Shown: positions 34,801 through 47,400 of the stretch, in pieces | How the letters are laid out: every line of letters begins with the position of its first letter | Numbering within the stretch: position 1 is the first letter of the stretch | Assembly (NCBI GenBank): GCA_002269645.1 | Contig: NIVC01000296.1 | Span: forward strand, 558,001-622,000 | Reading direction: 5' to 3' | Origin: Macrostomum lignano | Lineage: Eukaryota | DNA length: 64,000 bases | Position numbers and translations under genes: made by a program | The notes under the pieces: generated by a model | What the model was told of the DNA's origin: nothing | The model's database searches: none | Seen by the model: only the letters and a program-made list of their open reading frames with translations

Positions 34801-37800
34801 CCTCAGGACGAAGCACGTTACTGTCGAACGCCATCTTCTTCTTGCACACTCGTCGTCGCTTGGTGGTTGTAGTCAGCACAGGGGCCTTGGTTGTTTTGCG
34901 GCCGCAGTGCTCGCCGTCGTTGGCCGTTTCGTCGACGTGCTCGTTGTCGATCTGCCAGCCGTTGTTGTCGACTTCTTCTGGCGCGTAGTTCTACCGGTCG
35001 ATTTCCTGCTCGTGATGGACGGCATCGGGAAGGTCACCTTTTCGCCGGCCGGTGTTCCCCGTGTAGTGCGCGTTGTTCTGTTGTCAATCCGGCAGTGCTC
35101 GGTCTTCTCGTTGTCGTTGCCGATGTCGTAGTACTCTGCGTGTTGTAGTCGCCGGCTTCTTCTTGAGACACACCTTGACCTCCAGCGTCACCCTGACCGG
35201 TCGCTTGGAGCCTCTTCTGATTCGCACCTCGATCAGGTCGGGAGTTCGTCTGGTCGGCGTCAGTGGGATCGATTCCAGGTCGTCGCGACTCAACGGCTCG
35301 TCGCCTGGCTGTTCAGCCTTGCCAACCGGAGTTCTCTCGTTGTTGGTCACTTCTGTCACAGACACCTTTGTGATTCGCTTCGGCTTGTCGGCGCTCACCT
35401 TGATCTCGGCGACCCGGCTTCCCTCCGGCAGCCTGCTCAGGTCAATGCGGACCAGCGTGTCACCCTTTCTGAGTGGCAGGCCGCGTCTGCCTGGAAGCAG
35501 CGACTTCTTCTCTGGCTCGTCGTAGGGCTCATTCTGCGGCACGCGCTTCACCTCCACAACATCCTCAGGACGAAGCACGTTACTGTCGAACGCCATCTTC
35601 TTCTTGCACACTCGTCGTCGCTTGGTGGTTGTAGTCAGCACAGGGGCCTTGGTTGTTTTGCGGCCGCAGTGCTCGCCGTCGTTGGCCGTTTCGTCGACGT
35701 GCTCGTTGTCGATCTGCCAGCCGTTGTTGTCGACTTCTTCTGGCGCGTAGTTCTACCGGTCGATTTCCTGCTCGTGATGGACGGCATCGGGAAGGTCACC
35801 TTTTCGCCGGCCGGTGTTCCCCGTGTAGTGCGCGTTGTTTCTGTTGTCAATCCGGCAGTGCTCGGTCTTCTCGTTGTCGTTGCCGATGTCGTAGTACTCT
35901 GCGCTGTTGTAGTCGCCGGCTTCTTCTTGAGACACACCTTGACCTCCAGCGTCACCCTGACCGGTCGCTTGGAGCCTCTTCTGATTCGCACCTCGATCAG
36001 GTCGGGAGTTCGTCTGGTCGGCGTCAGTGGGATCGATTCCAGGTCGTCGCGACTCAACGGCTCGTCGCCTGGCTGTTCAGCCTTGCCAACCGGAGTTCTC
36101 TCGTTGTTGGTCACTTCTGTCACAGACACCTTTGTGATTCGCTTCGGCTTGTCGGCGCTCACCTTGATCTCGGCGACCCGGCTTCCCTCCGGCAGCCTGC
36201 TCAGGTCAATGCGGACCAGCGTGTCACCCTTTCTGAGTGGCAGGCCGCGTCTGCCTGGAAGCAGCGACTTCTTCTCTGGCTCGTCGTAGGGCTCATTCTG
36301 CGGCACGCGCTTCACCTCCACAACATCCTCAGGACGAAGCACGTTACTGTCGAACGCCATCTTCTTCTTGCACACTCGTCGTCGCTTGGTGGTTGTAGTC
36401 AGCACAGGGGCCTTGGTTGTTTTGCGGCCGCAGTGCTCGCCGTCGTTGGCCGTTTCGTCGACGTGCTCGTTGTCGATCTGCCAGCCGTTGTTGTCGACTT
36501 CTTCTGGCGCGTAGTTCTACCGGTCGATTTCCTGCTCGTGATGGACGGCATCGGGAAGGTCACCTTTTCGCCGGCCGGTGTTCCCCGTGTAGTGCGCGTT
36601 GTTCTGTTGTCAATCCGGCAGTGCTCGGTCTTCTCGTTGTCGTTGCCGATGTCGTAGTACTCTGCGCTGTTGTAGTCGCCGGCTTCTTCTTGAGACACAC
36701 CTTGACCTCCAGCGTCACCCTGACCGGTCGCTTGGAGCCTCTTCTGATTCGCACCTCGATCAGGTCGGGAGTTCGTCTGGTCGGCGTCAGTGGGATCGAT
36801 TCCAGGTCGTCGCGACTCAACGGCTCGTCGCCTGGCTGTTCAGCCTTGCCAACCGGAGTTCTCTCGTTGTTGGTCACTTCTGTCACAGACACCTTTGTGA
36901 TTCGCTTCGGCTTGTCGGCGCTCACCTTGATCTCGGCGACCCGGCTTCCCTCCGGCAGCCTGCTCAGGTCAATGCGGACCAGCGTGTCACCCTTTCTGAG
37001 TGGCAGGCCGCGTCTGCCTGGAAGCAGCGACTTCTTCTCTGGCTCGTCGTAGGGCTCATTCTGCGGCACGCGCTTCACCTCCACAACATCCTCAGGACGA
37101 AGCACGTTACTGTCGAACGCCATCTTCTTCTTGCACACTCGTCGTCGCTTGGTGGTTGTAGTCAGCACAGGGGCCTTGGTTGTTTTGCGGCCGCAGTGCT
37201 CGCCGTCGTTGGCCGTTTCGTCGACGTGCTCGTTGTCGATCTGCCAGCCGTTGTTGTCGACTTCTTCTGGCGCGTAGTTCTACCGGTCGATTTCCTGCTC
37301 GTGATGGACGGCATCGGGAAGGTCACCTTTTCGCCGGCCGGTGTTCCCCGTGTAGTGCGCGTTGTTCTGTTGTCAATCCGGCAGTGCTCGGTCTTCTCGT
37401 TGTCGTTGCCGATGTCGTAGTACTCTGCGTGTTGTAGTCGCCGGCTTCTTCTTGAGACACACCTTGACCTCCAGCGTCACCCTGACCGGTCGCTTGGAGC
37501 CTCTTCTGATTCGCACCTCGATCAGGTCGGGAGTTCGTCTGGTCGGCGTCAGTGGGATCGATTCCAGGTCGTCGCGACTCAACGGCTCGTCGCCTGGCTG
37601 TTCAGCCTTGCCAACCGGAGTTCTCTCGTTGTTGGTCACTTCTGTCACAGACACCTTTGTGATTCGCTTCGGCTTGTCGGCGCTCACCTTGATCTCGGCG
37701 ACCCGGCTTCCCTCCGGCAGCCTGCTCAGGTCAATGCGGACCAGCGTGTCACCCTTTCTGAGTGGCAGGCCGCGTCTGCCTGGAAGCAGCGACTTCTTCT

Positions 37801-39507
37801 CTGGCTCGTCGTAGGGCTCATTCTGCGGCACGCGCTTCACCTCCACAACATCCTCAGGACGAAGCACGTTACTGTCGAACGCCATCTTCTTCTTGCACAC
37901 TCGTCGTCGCTTGGTGGTTGTAGTCAGCACAGGGGCCTTGGTTGTTTTGCGGCCGCAGTGCTCGCCGTCGTTGGCCGTTTCGTCGACGTGCTCGTTGTCG
38001 ATCTGCCAGCCGTTGTTGTCGACTTCTTCTGGCGCGTAGTTCTACCGGTCGATTTCCTGCTCGTGATGGACGGCATCGGGAAGGTCACCTTTTCGCCGGC
38101 CGGTGTTCCCCGTGTAGTGCGCGTTGTTCTGTTGTCAATCCGGCAGTGCTCGGTCTTCTCGTTGTCGTTGCCGATGTCGTAGTACTCTGCGCTGTTGTAG
38201 TCGCCGGCTTCTTCTTGAGACACACCTTGACCTCCAGCGTCACCCTGACCGGTCGCTTGGAGCCTCTTCTGATTCGCACCTCGATCAGGTCGGGAGTTCG
38301 TCTGGTCGGCGTCAGTGGGATCGATTCCAGGTCGTCGCGACTCAACGGCTCGTCGCCTGGCTGTTCAGCCTTGCCAACCGGAGTTCTCTCGTTGTTGGTC
38401 ACTTCTGTCACAGACACCTTTGTGATTCGCTTCGGCTTGTCGGCGCTCACCTTGATCTCGGCGACCCGGCTTCCCTCCGGCAGCCTGCTCAGGTCAATGC
38501 GGACCAGCGTGTCACCCTTTCTGAGTGGCAGGCCGCGTCTGCCTGGAAGCAGCGACTTCTTCTCTGGCTCGTCGTAGGGCTCATTCTGCGGCACGCGCTT
38601 CACCTCCACAACATCCTCAGGACGAAGCACGTTACTGTCGAACGCCATCTTCTTCTTGCACACTCGTCGTCGCTTGGTGGTTGTAGTCAGCACAGGGGCC
38701 TTGGTTGTTTTGCGGCCGCAGTGCTCGCCGTCGTTGGCCGTTTCGTCGACGTGCTCGTTGTCGATCTGCCAGCCGTTGTTGTCGACTTCTTCTGGCGCGT
38801 AGTTCTACCGGTCGATTTCCTGCTCGTGATGGACGGCATCGGGAAGGTCACCTTTTCGCCGGCCGGTGTTCCCCGTGTAGTGCGCGTTGTTCTGTTGTCA
38901 ATCCGGCAGTGCTCGGTCTTCTCGTTGTCGTTGCCGATGTCGTAGTACTCTGCGCTGTTGTAGTCGCCGGCTTCTTCTTGAGACACACCTTGACCTCCAG
39001 CGTCACCCTGACCGGTCGCTTGGAGCCTCTTCTGATTCGCACCTCGATCAGGTCGGGAGTTCGTCTGGTCGGCGTCAGTGGGATCGATTCCAGGTCGTCG
39101 CGACTCAACGGCTCGTCGCCTGGCTGTTCAGCCTTGCCAACCGGAGTTCTCTCGTTGTTGGTCACTTCTGTCACAGACACCTTTGTGATTCGCTTCGGCT
39201 TGTCGGCGCTCACCTTGATCTCGGCGACCCGGCTTCCCTCCGGCAGCCTGCTCAGGTCAATGCGGACCAGCGTGTCTCCCTTTCTGAGTGGCAGGCCGCG
39301 TCTGCCTGGAAGCAGCGACTTCTTCTCTGGCTCGTCGTAGGGCTCATTCTGCGGCACGCGCTTCACCTCCACAACATCCTCAGGACGAAGCACGTTACTG
39401 TCGAACGCCATCTTCTTCTTGCACACTCGTCGTCGCTTGGTGGTTGTAGTCAGCACAGGGGCCTTGGTTGTTTTTGCGGCCGCAGTGCTCGCCGTCGTTG
39501 GCCGTTT
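28892..39507 (-). repeat. Coding tandem array, ~763-765-bp unit, ~14 copies (inverted)
   Basis: Reverse complement of the same unit with arm-specific variants. Confidence 0.97.
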
Positions 39508-41468
39508 TGTCGGTTCGAGTGTTGTCGTTGCAGGTGCGATAGTGGTTGTGTGTGCAGCTGTTTTTGGCCTTCTGTTGGGTATTTTTTGGGGTTTTTGGCA
39601 TTCCTCTTTAAAGAGTGCTAGTTTAGACGGTTCCTTTGATTTTATCGTGATTATCATTTTTGTGTAGCCGGTAGGAAGCTTGGCGCTGTAGACAGTTTCA
39701 AGTTTTGTCATCGTAGTTTTTCGTTTCCTTTCATTAGTAGTGGTGAGCGAAATTATTAGTTTTAGAGGTCTTCTACCACCGGTTTTTTTTAATATTACTG
39801 ACTCAGCAAGGTTTAAATTGATGAGTGTAATTTTCGTATATCCTCTGAGCAGTCTTACTGGCCGGCCTTGCAGCAGTGCTTTTACCGCGTATGCGTCATA
39901 TCGCTTTCCAAATGTAATGCTCTTCATTAGTGGCACATTGCAGCGCTCCAGGTATCTTTCCTTGCAGACGTGCGGCTTATTCCTGCTACAAAAGTGAAAC
40001 TTCAGCTTTGCATTTTTTGCATAGCGGCTAGTTGGAGAATCAAGAATGATTTTCAAAAACCTGGCTCGCGCGCGAATGACCATGTTGGTTTGTTGGACTG
40101 ATGGTGTTGACATTTTGACCTTTGAGCATCGGTCTCGAGTACAAAGTTGCAGTTCTCTAGCGGTAACTTTCGCGTCGGCTCCTGGAGTGGTTGTCAGTAC
40201 TTGAAGCGCCTCAATGACGTCAGTTTGTTTTAGACTAAACTGCACAAGTACCTCCGTTCTTCCTGAACCCAGCGCGGCGCCCTTGCGCAGAAGCTGTCTT
40301 CGATCCGATTGTGTGTATTCCTGACGTGAATCCAGTGCTGTCATTCTTAGAACTCGAACTTTGCCATTAACTTCAGAGTCCGGCAAGGAGCCTTTGCAAG
40401 CAATTTTCTTCTGCTTCGGTTCGTTCTTTGTAACTGGTTGCTTTTTAACCTGGATTTCAATTGATATTCTAATTGGATCTTTTGAGTACAGCACGGCCTT
40501 GTACTCGTTTGTTGGTTTGCTGATCGTAATTGTTGTCGTGTTTGTACTAATTGGAAGCTTAGAAACAAGAGTCAATTCGCTCAGTTTCTTGTCGTACACA
40601 AACGAAACCACATTAGCGGTTGGCTTGCCATCGCTTGGCAGTTTGCTCTTAATAATTACTGCACAGATTCGCACCGTTTCTGGGGCTCCAATGACGATTT
40701 CACTCGATCCCTGATTGAGCAGTGAGTACTCCGTCCGTGGCAAAACCAAACGACTTTTTTCCTCTCCCGAATACTCTCTGTTGTAGGTAATGCTCTTGTA
40801 CACCTTCACCATGCAGGCAGTGGCTGGAAGTCTGCGGCACCTTCCCGATTCCAGATTTTGGCCTGGACAGCCATTTATTTCCAATTGGATCTTCATCGAG
40901 CTCCTTGATTGGATTTTGAACTTCAGCTTTTCAGCGGCGAATGGTAGCTTGTTGAGCTTAATAAGACAGCGGGTGCAGGCTATGTTGCTCTCCTTTGCCT
41001 CCAGAAGCTGCCAGGTCTTGTTGGAGTTGGCGTACAAGCGAATCGCCTTCAGTCCTCTACGATGGTTGGACTGGATTTGCAGCAGCACTGAGCTGACGCG
41101 GACAGCGGAGCCGGCTGGCGAGAGTCGCAACTCGAACACTGTTCCGCCTTTGCTAAGCAAATACGGCCGCTTACGCGAGTCCAGCAGTTCGGCCCGTCTG
41201 TAGCCGTGAGTTGGCGCAAAGTTCTCAGTAATTCTTACCTGACTCTCCTTGATTAGTCCAGACTGAAGCAGAGGCCGATAGCAGCTGTCAGTGCCTTCAA
41301 TGGGCTTCTTCTGAGGCGCGCTTGTTGTAGCGCCGGTTGCGCAGTTCTCTTCGTCCGAATCGTCCGTAGAGTTGCCCAGGCGGCACTGGTGCTTGCCATC
41401 GCAGACCTCCGACTTGGCAATACACAGATTGGACCGGCGGCACTTCAGCTTGAATGCGGGACAGCCCT
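28892..41468 (-). CDS. ap2 copy B giant exon 16
   Basis: ORF 38848-41160 and upstream LDLa2; mirror of 12517 onward. Confidence 0.75.
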
Positions 41469-44400
41469 CTGCAAATTGGGTGATTCAAATAATACCAGGG
41501 TTATTTTTTTGGTTTCTAAAAATAGTATAGGTACTAATCGCAGAGCCTACCGCAGGACATCTCGTCCGAACCATCGCTACAGTCGGGGACTCCATCGCAC
41601 ACCTTCGATCTGTGCAGGCAGGCGCCCGAATTTCGGCAAGCAAACGAATGTCCAGTGCATGGCGCTGAAAGAATACGCCCACGCATTATTATCAATAGAT
41701 CTATAATATAAACATTGATAATGATTGGGCTCCCTATCAATCAACTCAAACTCGCAACCATCCTCTCAATCATAGACACTCAAGGTCTACTCTCTACCAT
41801 AGACAATTCAGTAGCTCACTCTCTACCATAGACAATTCAATAGCTCACTCCCTACCATGACAATTCAATAGCTCACTCTCCACCATAGACAATTCAATAG
41901 CTCACTCTCTACCATAGACAATTCAATAGCTCACTCTCTACCACAGACAATTCAATAGCTCACTCTCTACCACAGACAATTCAATAGCTCACTCTCTACC
42001 ATAGACAATTCAATAGCTCACTCTCTACCATAGACAATTCAATAGCTCACTCACTACCATAGACAATTCAATACAAAAGCTCACTCTCTAAATAGGTACT
42101 ATGAGGCTTTACAAATAACTAACAATTCAATTTGACTTACCAACTGTGCTCAAATTGTTCAGCTCAATTGTTGTGTTTCTATAACAATCCTTGTTGTCGC
42201 ATCGAATCCATTTGCCTTCTCGACAGGTGCTTGATGAACGAGTAGATAAAAGAATTTAATCTGGCATTTAATATTCTGTTAAACAGAACGCGTATACTTG
42301 AGAATTTCGCAATGAACTCAAAGCTTAGCTCACCACTGACGGCAGCCAAGCTTGGCTGAGTCGCCAGTCTGATAAACGGCGGCTCTGTAGCGGCACACAT
42401 GGCTGGCCTCGGTGCAGCTGCCGGCGGCCTGGGTCCACTGGCCACCCATGCGACATCGGCAGTCTGCAGTGAAACGGTAAAACAGCCTTGTTAGAGTTTA
42501 TCATTGTAAAAGAACTTTTACCCAGACACAATTTTACAAGTCAAAGCGGCCATTGTTACACCATTCAGCGACTCCACCGGCAGATTTTTCCAATTGATAA
42601 GAGCAGGCATACTAATTTTATAGTATACCTTTTCAACTTCGGATTCGTCAAAAGTGAGTTCAAATTTGTCAGCGTATGCAAAACTATATAGCGCGCTCAA
42701 GGGGAAGAGAATGAGTGTCTATGGTAAATTTTTAGAGAAAGTGACTTCGAATTCGTCTAAGTAAGTGAAATTCGTCAGTGCAAATACAGCCTGACCAGAA
42801 AAAGTGTCTGCTTTGTCCATGGTAAGAAAAGAAGGTGTCTATGGTAATTTTAAGTAAGAAAGTGAGTGAAGTTCGTCTGTGGAAAAGTAGCCCAATTTCC
42901 TGAAATCTTCATTTCATGCTTTGATTGTTGTCAGAGATGCCCTACATGACAACAAACAGCCAATGTAACGCACAAAGTCCCGTCACGCCGACGACTGCTT
43001 GCCTGCGTTGTCACAGCAGGAGCAGCAGGAAAATCTGCAACAAGCTTTTCAAAGCATCAAAGCATAAAAGCATGAAATGAAGATTTCAAGAAATCGGGCT
43101 ACTTTTCCACAGACGAACTTCACTCACTTTCTTACTTAAATTTACCATAGACACTCATTCTCTTCCCCTTGAGCGCTATATAGTTTTGCATACGCTGACG
43201 AATTTGAACTCACTTTTGACGAATCCGTTGTTGAAAAGGTATACTAATTAAAATTTTATGACTCATTTATAGACTCGCCTATTATCTTATCTGATAATCT
43301 GATAAGCCAAGCAGTTCACCCACCCCATCTCTCGTCCAATCAAATCAAATTTAAAAGTGTGAAATAATGGCCGGTGTGCTGGGTAAAAATTCTATACAAT
43401 CTATAAGGACCACTGAAGTCACTTGTCCTTGACAATCTACCATTTTCAGGCATGTACACAGGCTCAGGGATTGGCCGGCCCTTGTGAGCAGTCTGATGCT
43501 AACCGCTGAGCTGCTCAGAGACTCAAAGCGAACTCTTTTTTCTCACCTTCCAGGCACTGCACATCGGGTCCGTTAGCGAAGACAAATGGGCTTTGGAGCT
43601 GGCCGCAGCTGGTGTAGGCGGTGCCCTCGGGACAATTGTACGCTGCGTTCGGGATTGAAGAGAAGAAATTTCAAATAATTTTATTGCCTTATTGTATACA
43701 AAACCCAAGATGTGACTGAAATTGTTACTGTGTGTTTGTGATGTTACTCAAATTCATAACTGTGTATGGGTAAGGTCACTATATTCTAAAGATTGTGTGT
43801 AGCAGTGACTCAATTTGTGACAGGATTGGAGTAGGGGGTGACTCAATTTGTGACAGGATTGGAGTAGGGGGTGACTCAATTTGTGACAGGATTGGAGTAG
43901 GGAGTGACTCAATTTGTGACAGGATTGGAGTAGGGGGTGACTCAATTTGTGACAGGATTGGAGTAGGGGGTGACTCAATTTGTGACAGGATTGGAGTAGG
44001 GGGTGACTCAATTTGTGACAGGATTGGAGTAGGGGTGACTCAATTTGTGACAGGATTGGAGTAGGGGGTGACTCAATTTGTGACAGGATTGGAGTAGGGA
44101 GTGACTCAATTTGTGACAGGATTGGAGTAGGGAGTGACTCAATTTGTGACAGGATTGGAGTAGGGAGTGACTCAATTTGTGACAGGATTGGAGTAGGGGG
44201 TGACTCAATTTGTGACAGGATTGGAGTAGGGAGTGACTCAATTTGTGACAGTGTTCGAGTAGAGAGTGACTCAATTTGTGACAGTATTGGAGTAGGAAGT
44301 GACTCAATTTGTGATAATGTTGGAGAAGGGAGTGACTCAATCTTTTAACAGTTTCGTGAAGGTGTGCTCCCCGTGACTCACGGCAGAAGGCCGCGGACCG

Positions 44401-47400
44401 CCAGTCCACGGTGATGTTGAGTCCAGCGCATTCGTCTGCCGCGGCGGCCATCAGGTTGCACAGGCCGTCGCAGTTAGCGGCATCTTTTACAGTTCGACGA
44501 CATCGGCAGGCCTCGCGCAGGCAAGCGTCGTGCAGGAACTCCAGCCGATCCTCGTTCAGCACCGACAGGCAGCGGCCGAAGGGGCCTCTCTGGTCGCGAA
44601 GTAGGCCGCAGCGGGCGAAGGACCAGTCGAAGTTTTCTCGGCTCTGAGTGGGGGATTGGGAGTGTGGGATGGGGCTGGAACACTGTGTTTACAGCCAGTG
44701 GTCTACAGTGTGTTTACAGCCAGTGGTCTACAGTGTGTTTACAGCCAGTGGTCTATAGTGTGTTTACAGCCAGTGGTCTACAGTGTGTCTACAGCCAGTG
44801 GTCTACAGTGTGTCTATAAATATATCACTAGAAATTCGTCAGGCTGAAATGAACAACAGAATCGCTCCCAACCTTTAGGCAGCCCTGGTCGTACTCGGAC
44901 TCGGGTATTGGCTGGGCGTAGTCGCTCTCCAGCGTCCAACTGCGTCCGAATTCGTCCGGGCTAAGCGCCAGCAGGCCGCCAGGCGTTCGATAATCGTCAG
45001 TGGCGTCGCCGTTGAAGTTGCCGCAGAGGCCGCCGATTGGCTGGCCGCTACGGGGGCGGGCGGCGTTGATTGTCAGTCGGGTGCCTGAAAACGAATGGGA
45101 ATTTGTCTAAGTAAGTGACAATGTCTATTGTGTCTGTGTGCCTTTTCAGAGTGCCTTAATGGCAGATTGTGTCTCTGGTTTTGGAGTTGGACAATGGCAG
45201 ATTGTGTCTCTGGTTTTGGAGTTGGACAATGGCAGATTGTGTCTCTGGTTTTGGAGTTGGACAATGGCAGATTGTGTCTCTGGTTTTGGAGTTGGACAAT
45301 GGCAGATCTGCCTTGGCTTGGCTCTGCTCGTGCAATTAACGGCCTTGAGAGCCAACCCCCCAAGGCACAGTGAAGTATACATGCCTAACGATAAATAAAG
45401 TTAGGGCCGCTGTACACTCCTGTGCCTGTGCCTGTGCGTATGACTGCGTACGTATCCTTGCGCTTGTGTGCCTGCTCAGGGGAGTCGGGCGGAATGGGCA
45501 GTAATGCCTCTCGCCGATTGTGTGACAATGTCGCTTAAAGTGCGCCAGGGTGCACACAGCCCCATCTAATAAAAATGGTTTTGGAGTGAACCCCTCCAAA
45601 AGACCCCCTCCAAAATGAATCCGACGACAGCAGACGGTTTCACCTCTGTCCCACACGATCGACACGCCGAGTCGCAGAAAGTGCAAACTGCCGAGCGCCG
45701 CGGTGGCCGTCAGCACGACAGCCTCGCCGTCGACGTGACGCAGGCCGGCGATAATCCTGCCCTGCAGAACGCGGATCTCGTCGCCGCCAGCCAGCCGGAT
45801 TTTCACCAGGCGGGCGCAGACGGACGGCCGGCTGCTGCCGCAGGCGACGCTGCGCGTGGCCACGCGAAGCTGCGGCAGCTGCAGCAGCCGCGTCTCCCGA
45901 GAGCCGGCGTAGTAACGAAACGCCCGACCGTCGAAGCTGACGTAGTAGCCGTCGCCGAATGCCCGACAGCGGCCGCGGCAGCCGGAGTCCGAGGAGCTCT
46001 CAGAGGCGGCGCGGTTCAACCAGCGCCCGCTGGAGCAGACGCGGCCGGGACACTGGGCGGTCAGCACTGATCCGGTCAGGAGCTCGCGGCCGCCGTAGCG
46101 GCATGGGCAGTCTGACCGGTTCACGCACAGGCCCTGGCGGCGGGAGGCAGGTGGTTGAGGTTTTAAAAAAATCGATTTTTCCTAAGTTCATGTGGAGGGA
46201 GAGGGGTTGATGGCTAGCGTCTGTTTGAATGTACATAGGAGGTAGAAAATTTTTAAATTCTCTGTCCGCTCTCTTCTCTCAGCTAAGCTCCTACATTTTG
46301 GGGCAGGGTTTGCGCGAAATATACGCTACAGAGTTTGGAAGAGATACTAACCCTCTTAAAAATGCTTTCTACGAGCGTAAGAAGGACTGAGAGTATTTTT
46401 ACCCCTCCTAGTCCTTCTACCGCTCCTAGTCCTTCTACCCCTCCTAGTCCTTCTACCCCTCCTAGTCCTTCTACCCCTCCTAGTCCTTCTACCCCTCCTA
46501 GTCCTTCTACCCCTCCTAGTCCTTCTACCCCTCCTAGTCCTTCTACCCCTCCTAGTCCTTCTACCCCTCCTAGTCCTTCTACCCCTCCTAGTCCTTCTAC
46601 CCCTCCTAGTCCTTCTACCCCTCCTAGTCCTTCTACCCCTCCTAGTCCTTCTACCCCTCCTAGTCCTTCTACCCCTCCTAGTCCTTCTACCCCTCCTAGT
46701 CCTTCTACCCCTCCTAGTCCTTCTACCCCTCCTAGTCCTTCTACCCCTCCTAGTCCTTCTACCCCTCCTAGTCCTTCTACCCCTCCTAGTCCTTCTACCC
46801 CTCCTAGTCCTTCTACCCCTCCTAGTCCTTCTACCCCTCCTAGTCCTTCTACCCCTCCTAGTCCTTCTACCCCTCCTAGTCCTTCTACCCCTCACTCTTT
46901 GGCTTGATAATTAAAAAGTCCATCTTTGACTCACCGAATCGGTGGCGAACAGACCGGCGGGGCAGCGGCACCGCTCCTCTGCTGCGCTGTCTGGCGATTG
47001 GCACCGGCTGCCATCTTTGACTGGATCTTCGCAGCGGCGCGGCCAGCACTCGCCGGGCTGGGCGCGTCGCCAGACCTGATTCTTCGGGCAGGCGACTCTG
47101 CCATTTGCCGAGGCTGACTGTGCGGCTTGACAGACGGCGCGACCGTCTTGGCATTTGCTGGAAGTAGGGTTGGCTTAATATTGCTTGTCTTTGCTCTGGG
47201 ATTTCCCATTTCTGGAACTTTCCTTTTTGGACTTCCCTTTCTGGGATTTCCTTCTCTGGATTTTTCTTCTGGAATTTCCCTTTCTGGATTTTCCTTCTGG
47301 GATTTCCTTTTTTGGGTTTTCCTTCTGGGATTTCCCTTTTTTGGGTTTTCCTTCTGGGATTTCCCTTTCTGGATTTTCCCTCTGGGATTTTTCCCGTTCT

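Noticed and set aside
14645-38945. Long Val-rich ORFs antisense to the repeat ([11 protein letters not shown]..., MFLLSIRQ...)
   Set aside because: Shadow ORFs of the Thr/Lys-rich coding strand.
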